A stretch of 64,000 nt of DNA from contig CM069156.1 of NCBI GenBank assembly GCA_035221665.1, positions 24,924,001 through 24,988,000 on the forward strand, given 5' to 3'. Below, piece after piece: positions 1 through 15,040 of this stretch. Source of the DNA: Okamejei kenojei. Lineage: Eukaryota. The position numbers and the translations under genes were made by a program. The notes under the pieces are model-generated. The model was not told the origin of the DNA and searched no databases. It saw nothing but the letters and a program-made list of their open reading frames with translations. Every line of letters starts with the position of its first letter. The stretch's first letter is position 1.

Positions 1-118
1 TATGGTCTTCAATTCTGATGACAAGCATGTTATTAAGCACCTTATCTAATGCCATTTGTATGTTCATGTACCGTTAAACTCCAATAATCTGTTATCTATT
101 TGATCGGAAATCCCAATA

Positions 119-585
119 TTTAATTCCCCTTCCCACACTGACCTTTCTGTCCTAGGCCTCCTTCATTATCAGAGTGAGGACAAATGCAAATTGGAGGAGC
201 AGCATCTCATATTTCGCTTGGGCAGCTTACAACCCAGTGGAATACATTTTGATTTCTATAACTTCAAGTAACTCCTGCATTTCCTTACTCTCCATCCCTC
301 CCCCGCCCAAGTCGCACCAGCTTCTCATTCCCACCTAGCAAACAACTAACAATGGCTTGATTCCTTTATCATTGTTACTTTTTTTGCATATCTTTCATTC
401 ATTTGTTCCATATCTCTATACATCACTGTCTATCTCTCGTTTCCCTTTCCCGACTCTGAAGAAGGGTCTCGACCCAAAATGTCACCCATTCCTTCTCTCC
501 AGAGATGTTGCCTGTCCCGCTGGGTTACTCCAGCATCTTGTGACCACCTTCGGTGTAAACCAGCTTCTGCAGTTCCTTCCTAAAC
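119..585 (+). mobile_element. Penelope-like element (PLE) 3' fragment: GIY-YIG endonuclease C-terminus plus pseudo-LTR with hammerhead-like motif
   Basis: 119-271 translates to FNSPSHTDLSVLGLLHYQSEDKCKLEEQHLIFRLGSLQPSGIHFDFYNFK*, matching the PLE endonuclease tail (LEEQHLIFRLG..QP.G.N). It is followed by CTGAAGAAGGGTCTCGACCCAAAATGTCACC at 456-486. A second copy lies on the minus strand at ~48780-49142. Confidence 0.8.
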
Positions 586-1899
586 CAATGGTTTGGCACC
601 TAGCTGCGTGTTTGCCAGTTGCCTTGAAACACACCAGGACCCTGGCTCCCATAAAATTCACTGCGTTTGCGAGATCATAAAGTAAATTAAATATTTGTTG
701 GAGTGTCACTTGTTGGAATGACATCCAAAAGTTAGAAAAAAGCTGCTAGCCCAGCAGCACCATATTCTGACTCGAACATGTAAAAAAAAAACTGCAGGTG
801 CTGAAAATCTGCAAGACAATGCATGAAAAACTGAGTAGGCCAGACAGCACTCAGCTAAGAGACCTACCGTTTCCCATCTCCAGCTACCTGGGTTTCATTC
901 TGCCCGCAGACGCTATCTGCGTGGCGTTTACATGGTCTGCCTGTGACAATTTGGGTTCCTCCAGCTGCTATGTTTCCTTACCACACCCCAAAGATTTGGT
1001 GGCAAGTAGTTTAATTGGCTGCTGTCAATTGCTCCTAATGTGCTGGCGAGGGGTAAACTCTGCGGGGAGAAGATGGGAATGTAGAATTTTGTAAAACAAA
1101 GTGCTGGGTGGATTAATTTAGCAGGCGGCATCTGTGTAGGGAAAGGATTGAATGGAGTTAGCAGGGTCCATTCCCTCCACAGATGTTGCCTGACCTGCTA
1201 AGTTACTCCAGCACTTTGTATTTTACTTATGCTTGTAGCACCGGCAGTTCATTGGATCTCCATTTAATTGTGATTTGTGTAAATGGGTGTTTAGTCAGCA
1301 TGCACTCATTGGATGTAATGACATGTTTCTCACTGAATGTCTCCAGTTGGTCTTCCTGGTTTGAGATCCTTCCTCTCTCCTGAGATGCCAGGATGAACCT
1401 GCTGAATTTTTTCGACGTATTCTTTTTATTACCATGAGTGTGCCGAGAAGGGTTGATTTAAAAAAAAAACACTTCTAATATCTATCAGCCCTTTCACACT
1501 TTACTAGTTGCAAACTATTACGTGACACCCCGAGATTGTGGACGGCTGTGCAATCTCCCACAATGGAGCAAAATGAAGGTCACATATTCATGTTCTCCAG
1601 AGATGCTGCCTGACCCGCATGAGCTACAATGATACAACTTATTTGTTGTCATTTGAACCTCAAAGTTCAAACGAAATTTGCAGTTTCTGCAGTCACACAA
1701 ACAATAAAAAGAACCGAGACACAACACAATTTACACAAAGATCCATCACAGCGAATCTCCCCCTCACTGTGATGGAAGACAAAGTCTTATCTCTCCCCAT
1801 CCTCCTCCCGAGGTCAAACTCAAGCACGTTGTGTCCAAGTTGCCCTGGACCTTTCCCACTCTGAACCAAAGATCTTTGCTCAGAACTGCTGGTGACGCA

Positions 1900-3191
<1,292 letters not shown>

Positions 3192-4289
3192 TAATGTGGG
3201 AAGGCCAACCTGTACAAGCATGAGTTACTTTATCTAAAACAGACGAGAGAGTTAGAAAAGTCGTTCAGCATGGAATGATGCCTCATCTAAACTATTCCTA
3301 TTTGGCCGCATATGGCCCATATTCCCCGAAACCTTGCTATCCATTCACCTGTCCAAGTGACTTTTAAGTGCTGTTATAGTACTTGTCTCATCTGGCATAT
3401 GCACCCTCTGGAAAAGTTAGCATTTGAGTTTGGACATTTCCCCTCTCACCTTAAACCTCTATCCTCGGGTTCTTGATTGCCCAACTGGACAAAAGGTGCT
3501 GTATTCACCCTATCTGTTCAAATTATGGAACATTTTTATTTAATAAACTGAGTATTTCCAATAATAGCGAGCCATAAACACAGATTTATCATAAACAAAG
3601 AAAGGGAAACTTTTGTGCAGAGGTTTCAATGATTTGGAAAGTTTTGTGGAAATGTGCAAATGCCTGTTGGATGAATTGCTTCCCTTAAAATATTTAACAT
3701 GTGGGTGGTGTTTGCGGACAAACAAAAAAACAGGACTGTCTCTGGTGGTTTCTTCCTCAAATGGTGGTGAAAGCAAAGTCTTTGAATATTATTAAAGTAA
3801 CTAAGTTATTGATAAACAAGGTGGTGATGGGTTACCATGAGTGCATAAGAATATGGGGTTAGAATTTGATTAGCCATTTATTGAGGAGCAGAATAGACAC
3901 AACTTTGATTAATGTTTTTAATTTGTGTGTTGAATTGTTTTACCAAAGACCCAATATGTATCTGAGGGGCATTTTAGTTGTGTGGAAAGACTAGGGGTGC
4001 TGGAATTGCTGTTCTCGAACAAGATTGTGTTAAGTAATAATTAAACTAAGATGTTCACAATGTGTTTTAGTATATGTATAGAAACAGTATGAATGTAATT
4101 AGTAAACCCACAAGTATTGGAATGAATTGGTGGAAGATTTGTTGGAATCGGTACTTGCCTCTTTCCGGCACCTTAATGTTGCAAAGTGCTTCATAAAAAA
4201 ATGTAGCCTAGAAACCTGGGAACTTGTCTGGTAAGCTAACTTACTCAGAGCTCGGTCCATGAACGGTGAAATTGGAAAGTTACTAGAGG

Positions 4290-5705
4290 AGATTCTGAGA
4301 GATTTGATGTACCATCATTTGGAAAGCCACAGATTGATTAGGGATAACTTTGTGCATGGGAAATCTTGTCAGCAATTCAAAAGTTTTTTTTTAAGAGATA
4401 ACCAAAAAGATTGAGTGTCGGATGGGTGGCGTCTACATGGATTTTAGCAAGGCCTCTTATAGGCTACTCCGGCAGGTAAGATCACATGGGATCCAGGAAG
4501 AGCTAGCCAGATGGCTTTGTATAACGTCAGGATGGTAGTGAAGGGTCATTGTTCGGATTGAAGGTGACCTGTGGTGTGCTGCAGGGATTGGTGTTGGATC
4601 CACTTATTTGTAGTTTCTGTGAATAATTTAGATGAGAATGTAGGTGGCAAGGTTAGTAAGTTTGTGGATGACACTAAAATTGGCATTTTGGTTGGTGAAG
4701 AAGTTTCTGAAGATCATAACAGTGTTTAGATTGACTGGAAGTAGGCCAAGAAATGCCAGGTAGATTTAACTCTGACTTGTGTGAAGTGTTGTAGTTTGTA
4801 AAGTTAAACCAGGGCATAACATGAACAGTAAGTAGAGACATCCTGGCAAGTATAGTGTAACAGCAAGAACAACTGGTGCAAATGCATAGTTCCCTGAAAG
4901 TAGCAACAGGAGACAGGGTGATGAAGGGCATTTGTCACGCTTGCCATCATTTGTCAGGACACTGAGGACAGGAGTCAGGGCACTATGTCATTGGTGAGGC
5001 CACATTTGGAATAGTATTCAGTTCTCTTTGCCTAGCTATTGGAAGGGTGACATTAAGCTGAAAAGGGTGCAATGAAGATTCATGGGGCTTGAATTGTATG
5101 TAGTGGCTCAATAAACTTGGGCTGACTTCACTTGCGTGTATGAAACATAGAAACATAGAAAAAAATAGGTGCAGGAGGAGGCCATTCGGCCCTTCGAGCC
5201 AGCACCGCCATTCATTGTGATCATGGCTGATCGTCCGCTATCAATAACCCGTGCCTGCCTTCTCCCCATATCCCTTGACTCCACTAGCCCCTAGAGCTCT
5301 ATCCAACTCTCTCTTAAATCCATTCAGTGATTTGGCCTCCACTGCCCTGTGTGGCAGGTAAATTAACAACTCTCTGGGTAAAAATGTTTTTTCTCACCTC
5401 AGTCTTAAATTCTCCCCTTTATTCTAAGACTGTGGCCCCTGGTTCTGGACTCACCCAACATTGGGAACATTTTTCCTGCATCTAGCTTGTCCAGTCCTTT
5501 TATAATTTTATATGAGGTTGAGGGATAGCATTATAGATGTGTATAAAATCATTAGGGGCATAGATAAGGTGAATAGACTCTTTTCCCCCACAGTACTGGA
5601 ATTTAAAACTGAAAAGTATGGGTTTAAGGTGAGGCAAAAACTTTAAAGGGGATGAGGGGTACCTTTTTCACCCAGATGGTGGTAGGTACATGGAATGAGC
5701 TGGTG
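4290..5705 (+). mobile_element. Decayed CR1-type LINE (RT region), interrupted by a nested younger CR1 3' end
   Basis: Degenerate RT motifs (gtctacatggattttagcaaggc ~ VYMDFSKA; aagtttgtggatgacactaaaattgg ~ KF.DDTKIG; gtgaggccacatttggaata ~ VRPHLE). Confidence 0.8.
5143..5512 (-). mobile_element. CR1-type LINE 3' end with (GAAACATA)n tail, nested in an older CR1
   Basis: gaaacatagaaacatagaaa...ggccattcggccc tail; sequence nearly matches the copy at 34935-35180. Confidence 0.8.
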
Positions 5706-8700
5706 GGGTCGTTTTTGAGATGCTTCACCCTTTCTGCGTGGTTATCACTTCCTGTCACAAAGCTTTAAATGTCACGTCTATTTCAGAATCTTGATGTGGC
5801 CTGCTTATCAGAGTTGAGAGTGGCATTAAGGCCACAATGCTCTTACACTGCTCGTAAGAAGCTGCACACCCCTGTTTCTAGCTTTTTTTTACAGCAATGG
5901 TACATTCAGTACCTCAAATGTGCTCTAGCATTTATTAAGAACATGACATCCAGTCTTCGTTTCACTTGCCTGCTCTCTCCCTCATCCTTGACTTTTTTGT
6001 TGTTTGTCAGTCTCTGCCTTGATACATTCAGTGCTGCTGTTCTACAACTCTAACAGAATAGTACAGTGCAGGAATATGTCCTTCCACCCATCATGTCTGA
6101 ACTGACCATGATGTCAATGCAAACTACTCTCGTCTGCATACACGTGATCTATATTTCTGCCTTTTCTGCCTATAAGTACCTCTTAAATGTCTAGTATTTG
6201 CTTCCCCTGTTCATTAGCAGGTTATTCCAGGTATTTACCATTCCTGTGGGTTTTTTAAAATTGCCTTTCACATCTCTTCTAAACTTTCTCCTTCTCACCC
6301 AAACCTATACTCTCTCTTTTGACGTTTCTGCCATGGGGAGGAAAATGTTTCCGTCTACCCTACCCTTCTAATTTTATGTACTTTTATCAGGTTGTCTCTC
6401 AGCGTCCAACGCTCCAGAGAAAACAATTTTGTGGCTGGTGTATTGATATGGATGTGGAAGCAGCCAAATAATAGTTGGAATATATTGAGTCATTTCCCAC
6501 ATGGCAAACAGTAACTAGTTTGTCATTGGAGTAGAGAATTCTAGAGATTCCTGACTTTCTGAAGAAAATCCTCCTCTTTGAATTCTACAACACTTTTGTA
6601 GAAATCCTGGCAGTATTCAAGTCATCCCTTTAGGGGAAAAAAGATCTCAACATCCATCCTGTCAACTCATTAGGATCTTGTGTTTCAATAAGGTCACCTT
6701 TTATTTTTCTGAGCTACAACAAATATATAGCCTATTCGTGCAATCTTTCATTATACATTACCTTTTCGTTCCAGAAATCAATCTTGTGATACTTCCCTGT
6801 ACTATGAAAACAAGTGCATGCTTCCTTAGAAACTAATCCAAACTATATGCAGTATTTCAAGTGCAATGGTATCAGTGCCTTTGCAAAATTGCATCAAAAC
6901 ACCTCTACATTTAATGACCACATTCCTTGCAATAAAGCTAAATGTTGGATCCCTTAGCATCACAACATTTTATGATCTCAAGTAATTTAATTTAATTTAT
7001 TCTTCATTACAAATTGGATAACCAGACAATTGCATAATACTTAAATCTGCCAACTTCATGCCAAATCATTTAATCTATCTATATACCTTTGCAGGCTTTG
7101 TGCCCTTAACATATTCCGTGTATTTTTGGTATCTTCAGCCACTCTGACTACGAGACATTCCGATCATCGACATATAAATATTTGAGGCCCAGCATGTGAC
7201 GGGTTGCAGCTTACTGTTTGGCATTTGAGAAATGATCTATTACATAATTAGAGTTTTATTTTGTTGTTCCCCCATCCACATCGCCACACCATCCTCCCCT
7301 GTGCATCCTTATCTTATGAAGGAACCTTGTAGGTTGAACCTTGAATTTATCCCCTGTTAGATGCTCAAGAACTTGAGCACATTTGTCTCAATTTTTCTTT
7401 CGTAAAAGCACATAGTGATGTGCTTTCTGTAAGGTATTCAAGTCTTGGAAGCAAATAGAAGAGCTTTCATTGTGAAAGATTACAGATATATTGCAGTGGG
7501 GCATAATTCAACTCGGGGGAATGCAGACTCTGAAGTCAAATAATAGATTGCCTGCTGCCTTTAGGGCAGAAACAGGGAGTAAAGAGTAGCTGTCAACACT
7601 AGGAGAAGGTGGGTAGCAAATCACTGGGGGGGGTGTATTTTTCTGGAGTCAAAAGATTTAAATTGTGATGATACCAATTTATGAGAGGGTGAGGTGTAGG
7701 CAATACTGAAAACAACAGGAACAAGCTGTAGACTGGCATTGAAAGCCTTAACAAATAAAGTCAAATATATAAATTGAGGATAGTACATTCTGGAGCTTAG
7801 CACCCACCTAAGCAGCTGAAGAGCCAACACCTATTTGTTGCTGAGATTTGCACATGCATATTGAAAGTAGAGAAGGTTGAGGAAATTAATTGAAAACTGA
7901 ACACTTTTATTTTGAGGTGTTCCTTAACCAGAAGCCATTGCATGTTAGCAAGCATATTGAAGGTTTAGGTGCATGAGGAACAGGTTTGTAATTTTTAAAC
8001 TTCATAGAAAACAAGCAGGGAGGCCAGCCAGAAATGTGGCATAATGAATTTGAGATAATGGGCGCAGATCAAGTTTTCAACTGGAGATGAACAGGGCTGA
8101 CATTATCTGGAAATGTAAATGTTATTTATTGGAAAGTTGATGCCATTTCAGACAACGTTGCTCACGGGTAGCATCTAAATGAAAAATGAGAGAGGGTCAA
8201 GAAAATAGTATTGGGATTGTTTGTCTGGATCGCTGACCTAAAGATACTGATTTCCCACACAAGTAGCTGAGAATTTAAATTCAAATAATTAATTAAAACT
8301 GGAAGAAAAGGTTTAGCTCAAAATTGAAAGTACCAGATTGTTGTATAAACCCACTTTAACTAATGTCCTATTGTGAACTGCACTTATTTTTGCCCAAGAA
8401 ATAGAATACTGGGGAAACTCAGTAGGTCAGGCAGCATCTGTGGAGGGAGATGGACAAATGATGTTTTGGGTTAGGGCTATACTGAACTAGCAATCTAGAA
8501 GCATGGACTAAATGGAAAGATCCAAATCCGAAACCCATCATGTTAGTTGTGGAATTCAGTTCTCAAAAGTATTAATTAATTAATTTGTTCGTTCGTTCAT
8601 TCATTCAAGTCGTGATTCAGCCCAGATAATATAAATAATTTCCCCATATTCATCAATTGCGGAATATTTCGCATAATGGAAATGTTATTGCAGAAATACC

Positions 8701-9919
8701 TGCAGCTTCGTGTTCTGGGGGGGGGGGGGTGCGCAGAGGAGAGTTGGTTACCTAAAGCTTTTGCTTTTTAAGTCTTGAAAGCTGCAATATACCCAAATGG
8801 AAGATGCAATTCTGTTCCTCAAATTTGCGTTGGATTTTGAGTTATTAAGTGTGGGGAAATAGAGGAGATAAGGTTGACAGCCCTGAGAGTCATGATAGAT
8901 GCAAATTGTGTTTTAAGTCATATCATAGGACATATGAGTAAGATGGAGAAATTGAAAACTTGAATGGAGTCCTAACAGTCTGGGAGGGAGTGCAGTACCG
9001 CATAAAAGGTGGACCAAAAGACCTGTTTCCGTGCTGTACAGCTCGATGATACTATGTAATGCTGGATATATGAACCAAAGTTAATGACCTATTTCAGGCC
9101 AATATCCTTGACGTCAAGGCAGTAATTATATTCTTTTGGTTCGCTTGGGCAGGCCATGGCATTCATAAGTCCAAAATTAGACATTTGATTCCAAGGCAGC
9201 CAGAACAAAAGATTTTAGGATGTAGTGATACATCATCCCCTCTATTGCATGCATTTCTTCCCTTTGGCTACTTGAAGTCGTGAAGGGACATTGAGGATAG
9301 CACTGAGGTCCTAGACTACATGTAACAGCAATGCCATGAAGCCACCCATTTGGTTGCACTGTTAGGCTCCATCTGCTGCATCTGTGGAAGGGTTTGCAGT
9401 TTCGACAAAATTGTAGTGGAAGCAAGTCATCTTCAATCCTGAGGAACTGCTTAGAAGGTTGACAAGAGCAAGATGGATCAAAACTACAGCATGTAATTTT
9501 TACAAATGCAGACCTCCGTGTTTTATGTAATGGAACAAAATCGTATCTATGCATATTCTCATGCAACTGAACATGTAACAATTTATGTAGACAATCTAGT
9601 TGAAATGTTAAACCAGGCTTGACTGCCAGTCAAAGAAGGAAATCATGCCGCACTACAATATTTGAACATCAATCTCTTTTCCCAATGTGCTGACCAGAAT
9701 TTCTTCTACACTAGCACCACTAACACAATAGCTTTCTTTGGTATCTCTTTGTTAGGGAGAGTTTAATGGACATGCAATTACTTGCCAATTGAAGAAATAG
9801 CATATTTTCAAAAATATTTATGTATACAAATGGCCTTATTCGGCTCATTTGGAAGACATATAAGCTGTTTAATTTAACTGTTGTGGAAGGAAATGCGTGG
9901 CCTTACTGCTGCATTTCAG

Positions 9920-10916
9920 TCAATAAGCGAGTTTGGTATTCCAAAAAACACAAGGAATCATGGGATTTGTCAAAGGCACTCCTGATAAACATTCTCGGCA
10001 ACTGTGTTGCTGCATGTATACAGACCTGTGCTTCATCCGTAGTCAGGATCAAAACCAGATCTCCGGTGCTACAAGTGCTGTTGAATTGCTACTGGGCCAT
10101 CCCTGTCCCCTCCCGAGTGCCCCATCCATGTCCAGGGTGACCCTGGACTGATGGGACATTGGCCCAGAGCAGTGGCAGCCAAGGCTTACAGCCAGCGCGG
10201 AGAAGCAGAGCTAACTCAATGTTCAACTCTGCCTGTCCCGCCGAGTTAACCGACAGCCCTGGACTGACGCGATACTGGCCCAGAGCAGTGGCGGCCCAGG
10301 CTTACAGCCAGCGCGCAGAACAAGAGCTAACTCAGCGTTCAACTCTGCCTGTCCCGCCAGGTTAACCAACTGCTCTGGACTGACGGGACACCGGCCCAGA
10401 GTAGTGGCGGTCCAGGCTTACAGCCAGCGCGGAGAAGTAGAGCTAACTCCAGTTCAACTCTGCCTGTCCTGCCGGGTTAACCGACAGCCCTGAAGGGACA
10501 CAGGCCCGAAGCAGTGGAGTTGGCGTTTCTTCTCCGTGCTGGCTTGTAAGCCTGGGGCAGCCGATGTCCCGCCAGTCCAGAGCTGTCGGTTAACCCGGCG
10601 AGACAGGCAGAGTTGAGCTGGAGTTAGTGCTTCTTCACCGCGCTGGCCGCCACTGCTCCGGGTCGGTGTCCCGCCAGTCCAGGGTCATCCATGGCATCTA
10701 TGCCAGCTCCCGGACAGGGAGGGGACACTCGGGAGGGAACAGGGAAGGTCCAGTAGCAATTCAACTGCGCTTGCAGCGCTGGAGACCCGGGTTCGATCCT
10801 GACTACGGATGAAATACAGATGTGTATACATGAAGCAGCACAGCTGCCGAGAATGTTTATCGCGAGTGACCCATGACCTGGGCATGTGCAGTCGTAATAT
10901 CGAACTGGCTTATTGA
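9920..10916. mobile_element. Foldback-like palindromic element with long inverted arms and ~116-bp tandem modules
   Basis: Outer arms tcaataagcgagtttggtatt (9920) / aatatcgaactggcttattga (to 10916); 9984-10135 inverted to ~10710-10860; forward modules start at 10141, 10257, 10373, 10488 and reverse modules span ~10517-10686. Confidence 0.8.
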
Positions 10917-11235
10917 TGCTTCCAATGAAATATGGGTAGTAAAATGACTGCAGAAAAGTACTTTGATAATAACATACAAAATATGGGTAAATGCAATTAA
11001 TATAATGGGCATTTGATCAATATAGACTTGGTGTCATGCGTGACTTTCAAATTACTATACAGCAATTTATCTGTAGATGACACACCACTGCAGATGCTGG
11101 AACTGGAAGCAAACTTCCGGAGGAACTCAGCAGGAGGTCTAAAAGCATCTGTAAAGGCAAAAGGGCATTTTGTGTTTTAAGCTAATATTTTATGTTTATC
11201 TATGCGATTGGTGGTGTGACTGATGTGACAGATAA

Positions 11236-11465
11236 AGGCCTGTCCCACTTGCCGATTTATTTATTTTTTCGGTGACTACCAGCATCATTGACTGACTTAT
11301 CAGGTCACCGAAAAATTTGCAGCGTGATGGCGTATGGTGCGCGGTGTTTTTTCAAGTGTCACAACTTTTTTTTTTTGTCGCCACTGGATTTTGAAATGTT
11401 CAAAATCATTTGGCACAACTGATGATGCCAGCAGTCGCCGAAAAAAATAGCCGTGGGACAGGCCC
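11236..11465. mobile_element. MITE, probably PIF/Harbinger-type
   Basis: TIRs (a)ggcctgtcccac / gtgggacaggcc(c); flanks taa / tat, resembling a TWA TSD; internally semi-palindromic; no ORF. Confidence 0.65.
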
Positions 11466-12529
11466 TATAGATGCTTCCACGCCAATTTTTAGGTAAAACG
11501 AAACATGTCAAATTTAAGAGGGAAAATGTACTGCTTTTTCAAATGCTAATTTAAAAACGTCATAAAAACTTTAAGAAAATAACTTCCATACTGAACCAAA
11601 AATTAAGAAAACAAAAGTTCATTACGTCCGTAATAGCAACTTGTAAAACATGTCAAATTCAACGTGTGAACTCTTTGAATCATTGCTTCAGGAGGAAATT
11701 GCAGAGCAATAAGATTGTAGACATGTCTGCTGATTACATTCATTCTAATCAACAATTGATCTTTGATTCCACACCTTATAATTCTTGTAATATTTGAGTC
11801 GGTAATTGAAGCTTGCAGATATTTCATGCATGACTCAAGTATTTAAATATTATTTATTAAGAACCAACAGTGATGTAAATAACTTATTTGACTTCCATTA
11901 AATCACATTGTTCCTAGATCAGTTGGTTAGTTTGCTGAAACTACTTTATTTCATGTTTTTAAAAAAAAAGGTCAGGTAAGCAAGCGTGGAACGAGCAAAG
12001 ATTGCAAAACTGTTTATCGTAAGTGTATTAATAGGTTCTACCTTGCTCTACATTTTAAATGAGATTTGTGCCAATCGTGTTTATAATTAATTTTAATGTG
12101 GATAAACCAAACTTCAATTCTGAAGTTTCCCTTAAGACGGTGGAAAATGTATCCAGAGTTCTTATTTTTAGGTACAACCAAATATGACGGGATTAGTTTA
12201 AATTGGCAATATGATTGGCACAAACAGTGTGGATTGCTGTGCCTGTTCTTGTCCTGTACTGATCTGTGTTTTATGTAATTATGCCACTTGAAATATGCTG
12301 GTGTAAAAAAGATGTCCATCAAGTGTAGTTCAGCTATTGGTATCTGTGGGTTGTCATTGAAATCTGTATCATCTGATAAAAGATGACGTACAGTTTCAAG
12401 TACTTAACATGTGTAGTAAAATGGAAAAAGCTGGAAGCACTCAGCCATTCGAACTATCTCGTGGGTTGGGGCGGATGAGGAAATGATCAATGTTTCCGGT
12501 CGAGAATAGTTCTGGACTTGGAGTATCAG

Positions 12530-13130
12530 ATTGTTATATATTAAATGGCAGGATTATGAGTTGCATTGATGTACAGCAGGATCGTGAGGTACAAGTCCAT
12601 AGCCCCCTGAAAGGTACACGAGTAAATATGGTGAAGGCCAGTAGCATGCTTGCAATAGCATTCATCAATTGGGGAACTGAGTGTAAAATTTGAGAGGTCC
12701 TGTTGCAGCTGTATAAAAAAATTGGTTAGGCCATATTTGGAGCATATTTGCAGATCTGGTCACCACATTTCAAGATGGATGTGGAGCTTTTGCAAAGGGC
12801 ACAGAAGAGTTATCCAGGATACTGCCTGGATTAGAAGGTATTTGATATAAGGAGATGTAAGACAACCGTGAGTTGTTTCCCCCTCTGTCTAGAGCTTTGA
12901 AGGCCTAGGGGAAAGCTGATAGAGGTGTAAAAAGAAAAAAAATGGACACACACATAGGGTAGGTAATCAGAGGAATATTCTCGGGGGGATATGCAAAAGT
13001 GATATACAAGGGATATTGAACATGCAGAGTGTGGAGGGGTATAGATCACATGTAGGTAGATGGGATTCGTTTAATTTGGCATCTTAGTCGACGCAGATGT
13101 TGAAGGGCCTCTTCCTATGCTGTATTGTTC
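12530..13130 (+). mobile_element. Decayed CR1-type LINE 3' fragment
   Basis: ttggttaggccatatttggagcat (LVRP.LE.) and 3' tail gaagggcctcttcctatgctgt shared with other CR1 copies in the window. Confidence 0.65.
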
Positions 13131-13855
13131 CATTATCTTTCCATGGATGCTGCTTGACCTACGTTTTCTGTAATTTTTCCGTTTGTTTCATATTTCCAGC
13201 ATTATAATATTCTGCTTCATTGTCACAAAATATCTGTTCACATAATTGAATGTTGCTCTTAAATTCTCAAGATTCTCCTGAGAATAAAATTGGATTTATA
13301 CTAAAATTTGTCAAATAACCTGGTTTCCTCGAAGTTTACTGTATTTGGGTTTAGTTGTTTATTTGGATTGAGTTAGATTTAGGCATGAGAGCATGAAGGG
13401 TAAAATAAATTATTTGAATTTCTTTCATGTACCTTTTCAAAGTGTTTCAAGTCAACTTGCAGGCAGATACGTATTTTTCGATTTAATGTAAAATATATGC
13501 AAATCAATTTTGTGTATGATATTTCTCAAGAGTAAAATGTGGTGGAGTAATATTGCCCCAGGCATGGGGTAACTCTCTTGCTCTTTGGGAATGGTCCTAA
13601 GGATATTTATTGCTTACTGGGGAGAGCAAACACTTTTTCAATTTAATTTCACCAAAAAAAGCAACTAATGTAGTGTTTAATTTCACCAAAAAAAGCAACT
13701 AATGAAGCTTCTAAAATCAAGAGGAGCATCGATAATCTGAAAAAAACATTGTTTAGATTTATTATTGTTAATATGAACTAAAGTACTTTGAAAAGCTTCA
13801 TTTTGCATACTGTCCAATCATATTAGATAATACTATACCTAAATACAATCTAGTC

Positions 13856-14369
13856 CGGGGTAGGCAACCTACGGCCCCCGGGCCAAATGCGGCCCGTAAC
13901 CTGATATCATCCGGCCCACAAGCGTATTTTTTTCCCCGCAGTTATCGGGCCTCCTGGGACCGAGGCCGTGGTGACACAAGGAGGCCTGCGTTGGCGGCCA
14001 CAATGGTGGAGCCACTGAGGAGCGCCGAGCTCCAGCTGTACCACCGGCGGCGCATCTTCTGTGTCTGGGCCTCACTGTCGGGATCAGGGTTGTCAATAGG
14101 ACAGGGAAGGGTGAGTGTGAGTGTTTGAGCCACCGTCTTCAGGACAGAGCCAAGGCAATGGTCCGTAGGTACGCCATGTTCGTGAGCGCCCGTAACTAGG
14201 GGGCCAGTGCTCCGGGTGGCGGCCTCGAAGGGGCAGGATCTGTGTGAACACGTGATTTGATGTCTGCCACCCAGGGCGGGATCCTTATGTACACGTGATA
14301 GACGTGGCCCGTCACCCGTTCACGGGCATGCATCCTAGCCCATATGCAGAACAAGGTTGCCAACCTCTG
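13856..14369. mobile_element. Non-autonomous hAT (Charlie-like) DNA transposon
   Basis: TIRs cggggtaggcaacct / aggttgccaacctctg; perfect 8-bp TSD atctagtc at 13848-13855 and 14370-14377; subterminal cggccc motifs typical of Charlie-group hATs. Confidence 0.88.
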
Positions 14370-14834
14370 ATCTAGTCAAATTCAAGTACAACAGGTAGAG
14401 CAAAGTGGAAGATGTGGTGTGCAGAGTATAGTTCTCAGCATTGTAGTGCTTAGGTTTGAGGTGAGAGGGGAAAAGTACAAGACATTTGAGGGACAACATT
14501 TTCAGGTGATGGTGAGTAAATGGAACCAGGTTCTAATGCAAGGGGTAGAGTTGGGTTCAATTATAACATTAAAAGAAAAATGCTTGGACAGATCTGTGGA
14601 CAGGAAAGGTTCAGAGGGATATGGCCAGGTATAGGCAAGTGGGACTAGCTTGTTTGCACAACTTTATTGCCATGGATGAGTTGGTCTGAAAGATCCGTTT
14701 TTGTGCTGTTTGGCTCTGTGATTGGATAAGGAGGAATTTCTTCAGCCATGGGTGGTGAATCTGTGGAATTCATTGCTACAAATCCTCATGGTTAGAAAGT
14801 CAATGGGATATTTTAAAGCAGAGATTGATAGGTA

Positions 14835-15040
14835 GAAACAAAGAACAGCAGATGCCGGTGTACCGAAGAAAGACACAAAGTGCTGGGCTAACTTAGCGGG
14901 TCAGGCAATATCCCTGGAGAACAAGGATTGGTGACGTTTTGGGTTGGGACCCTTTTGAAAAATGGTCCCGTAATGTCACTTATCCATGTTCTCCAGGGAT
15001 GATTCCTGACCTGCTCAGTTACTCCAGCATATTGTCTTTC
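14835..15040. repeat. Palindromic PLE pseudo-LTR-derived repeat inserted into a CR1 fragment
   Basis: Arms ~14869-14938 and ~14972-15039 are reverse complements; the CR1 sequence resumes on both sides (gagattgatagg ... ttcttgattagt). Confidence 0.7.

Noticed and set aside
10141-10520. Regular repeats resembling a CRISPR array or a repeat-protein gene
   Set aside because: Units are contiguous ~116-bp modules with no unique spacers, no cas genes and no continuous ORF, in vertebrate DNA.
10745-10810. tRNA gene suggested by the GGTTCGATCC B-box
   Set aside because: No complete cloverleaf; the context matches the tRNA-derived SINE head seen elsewhere in the window.
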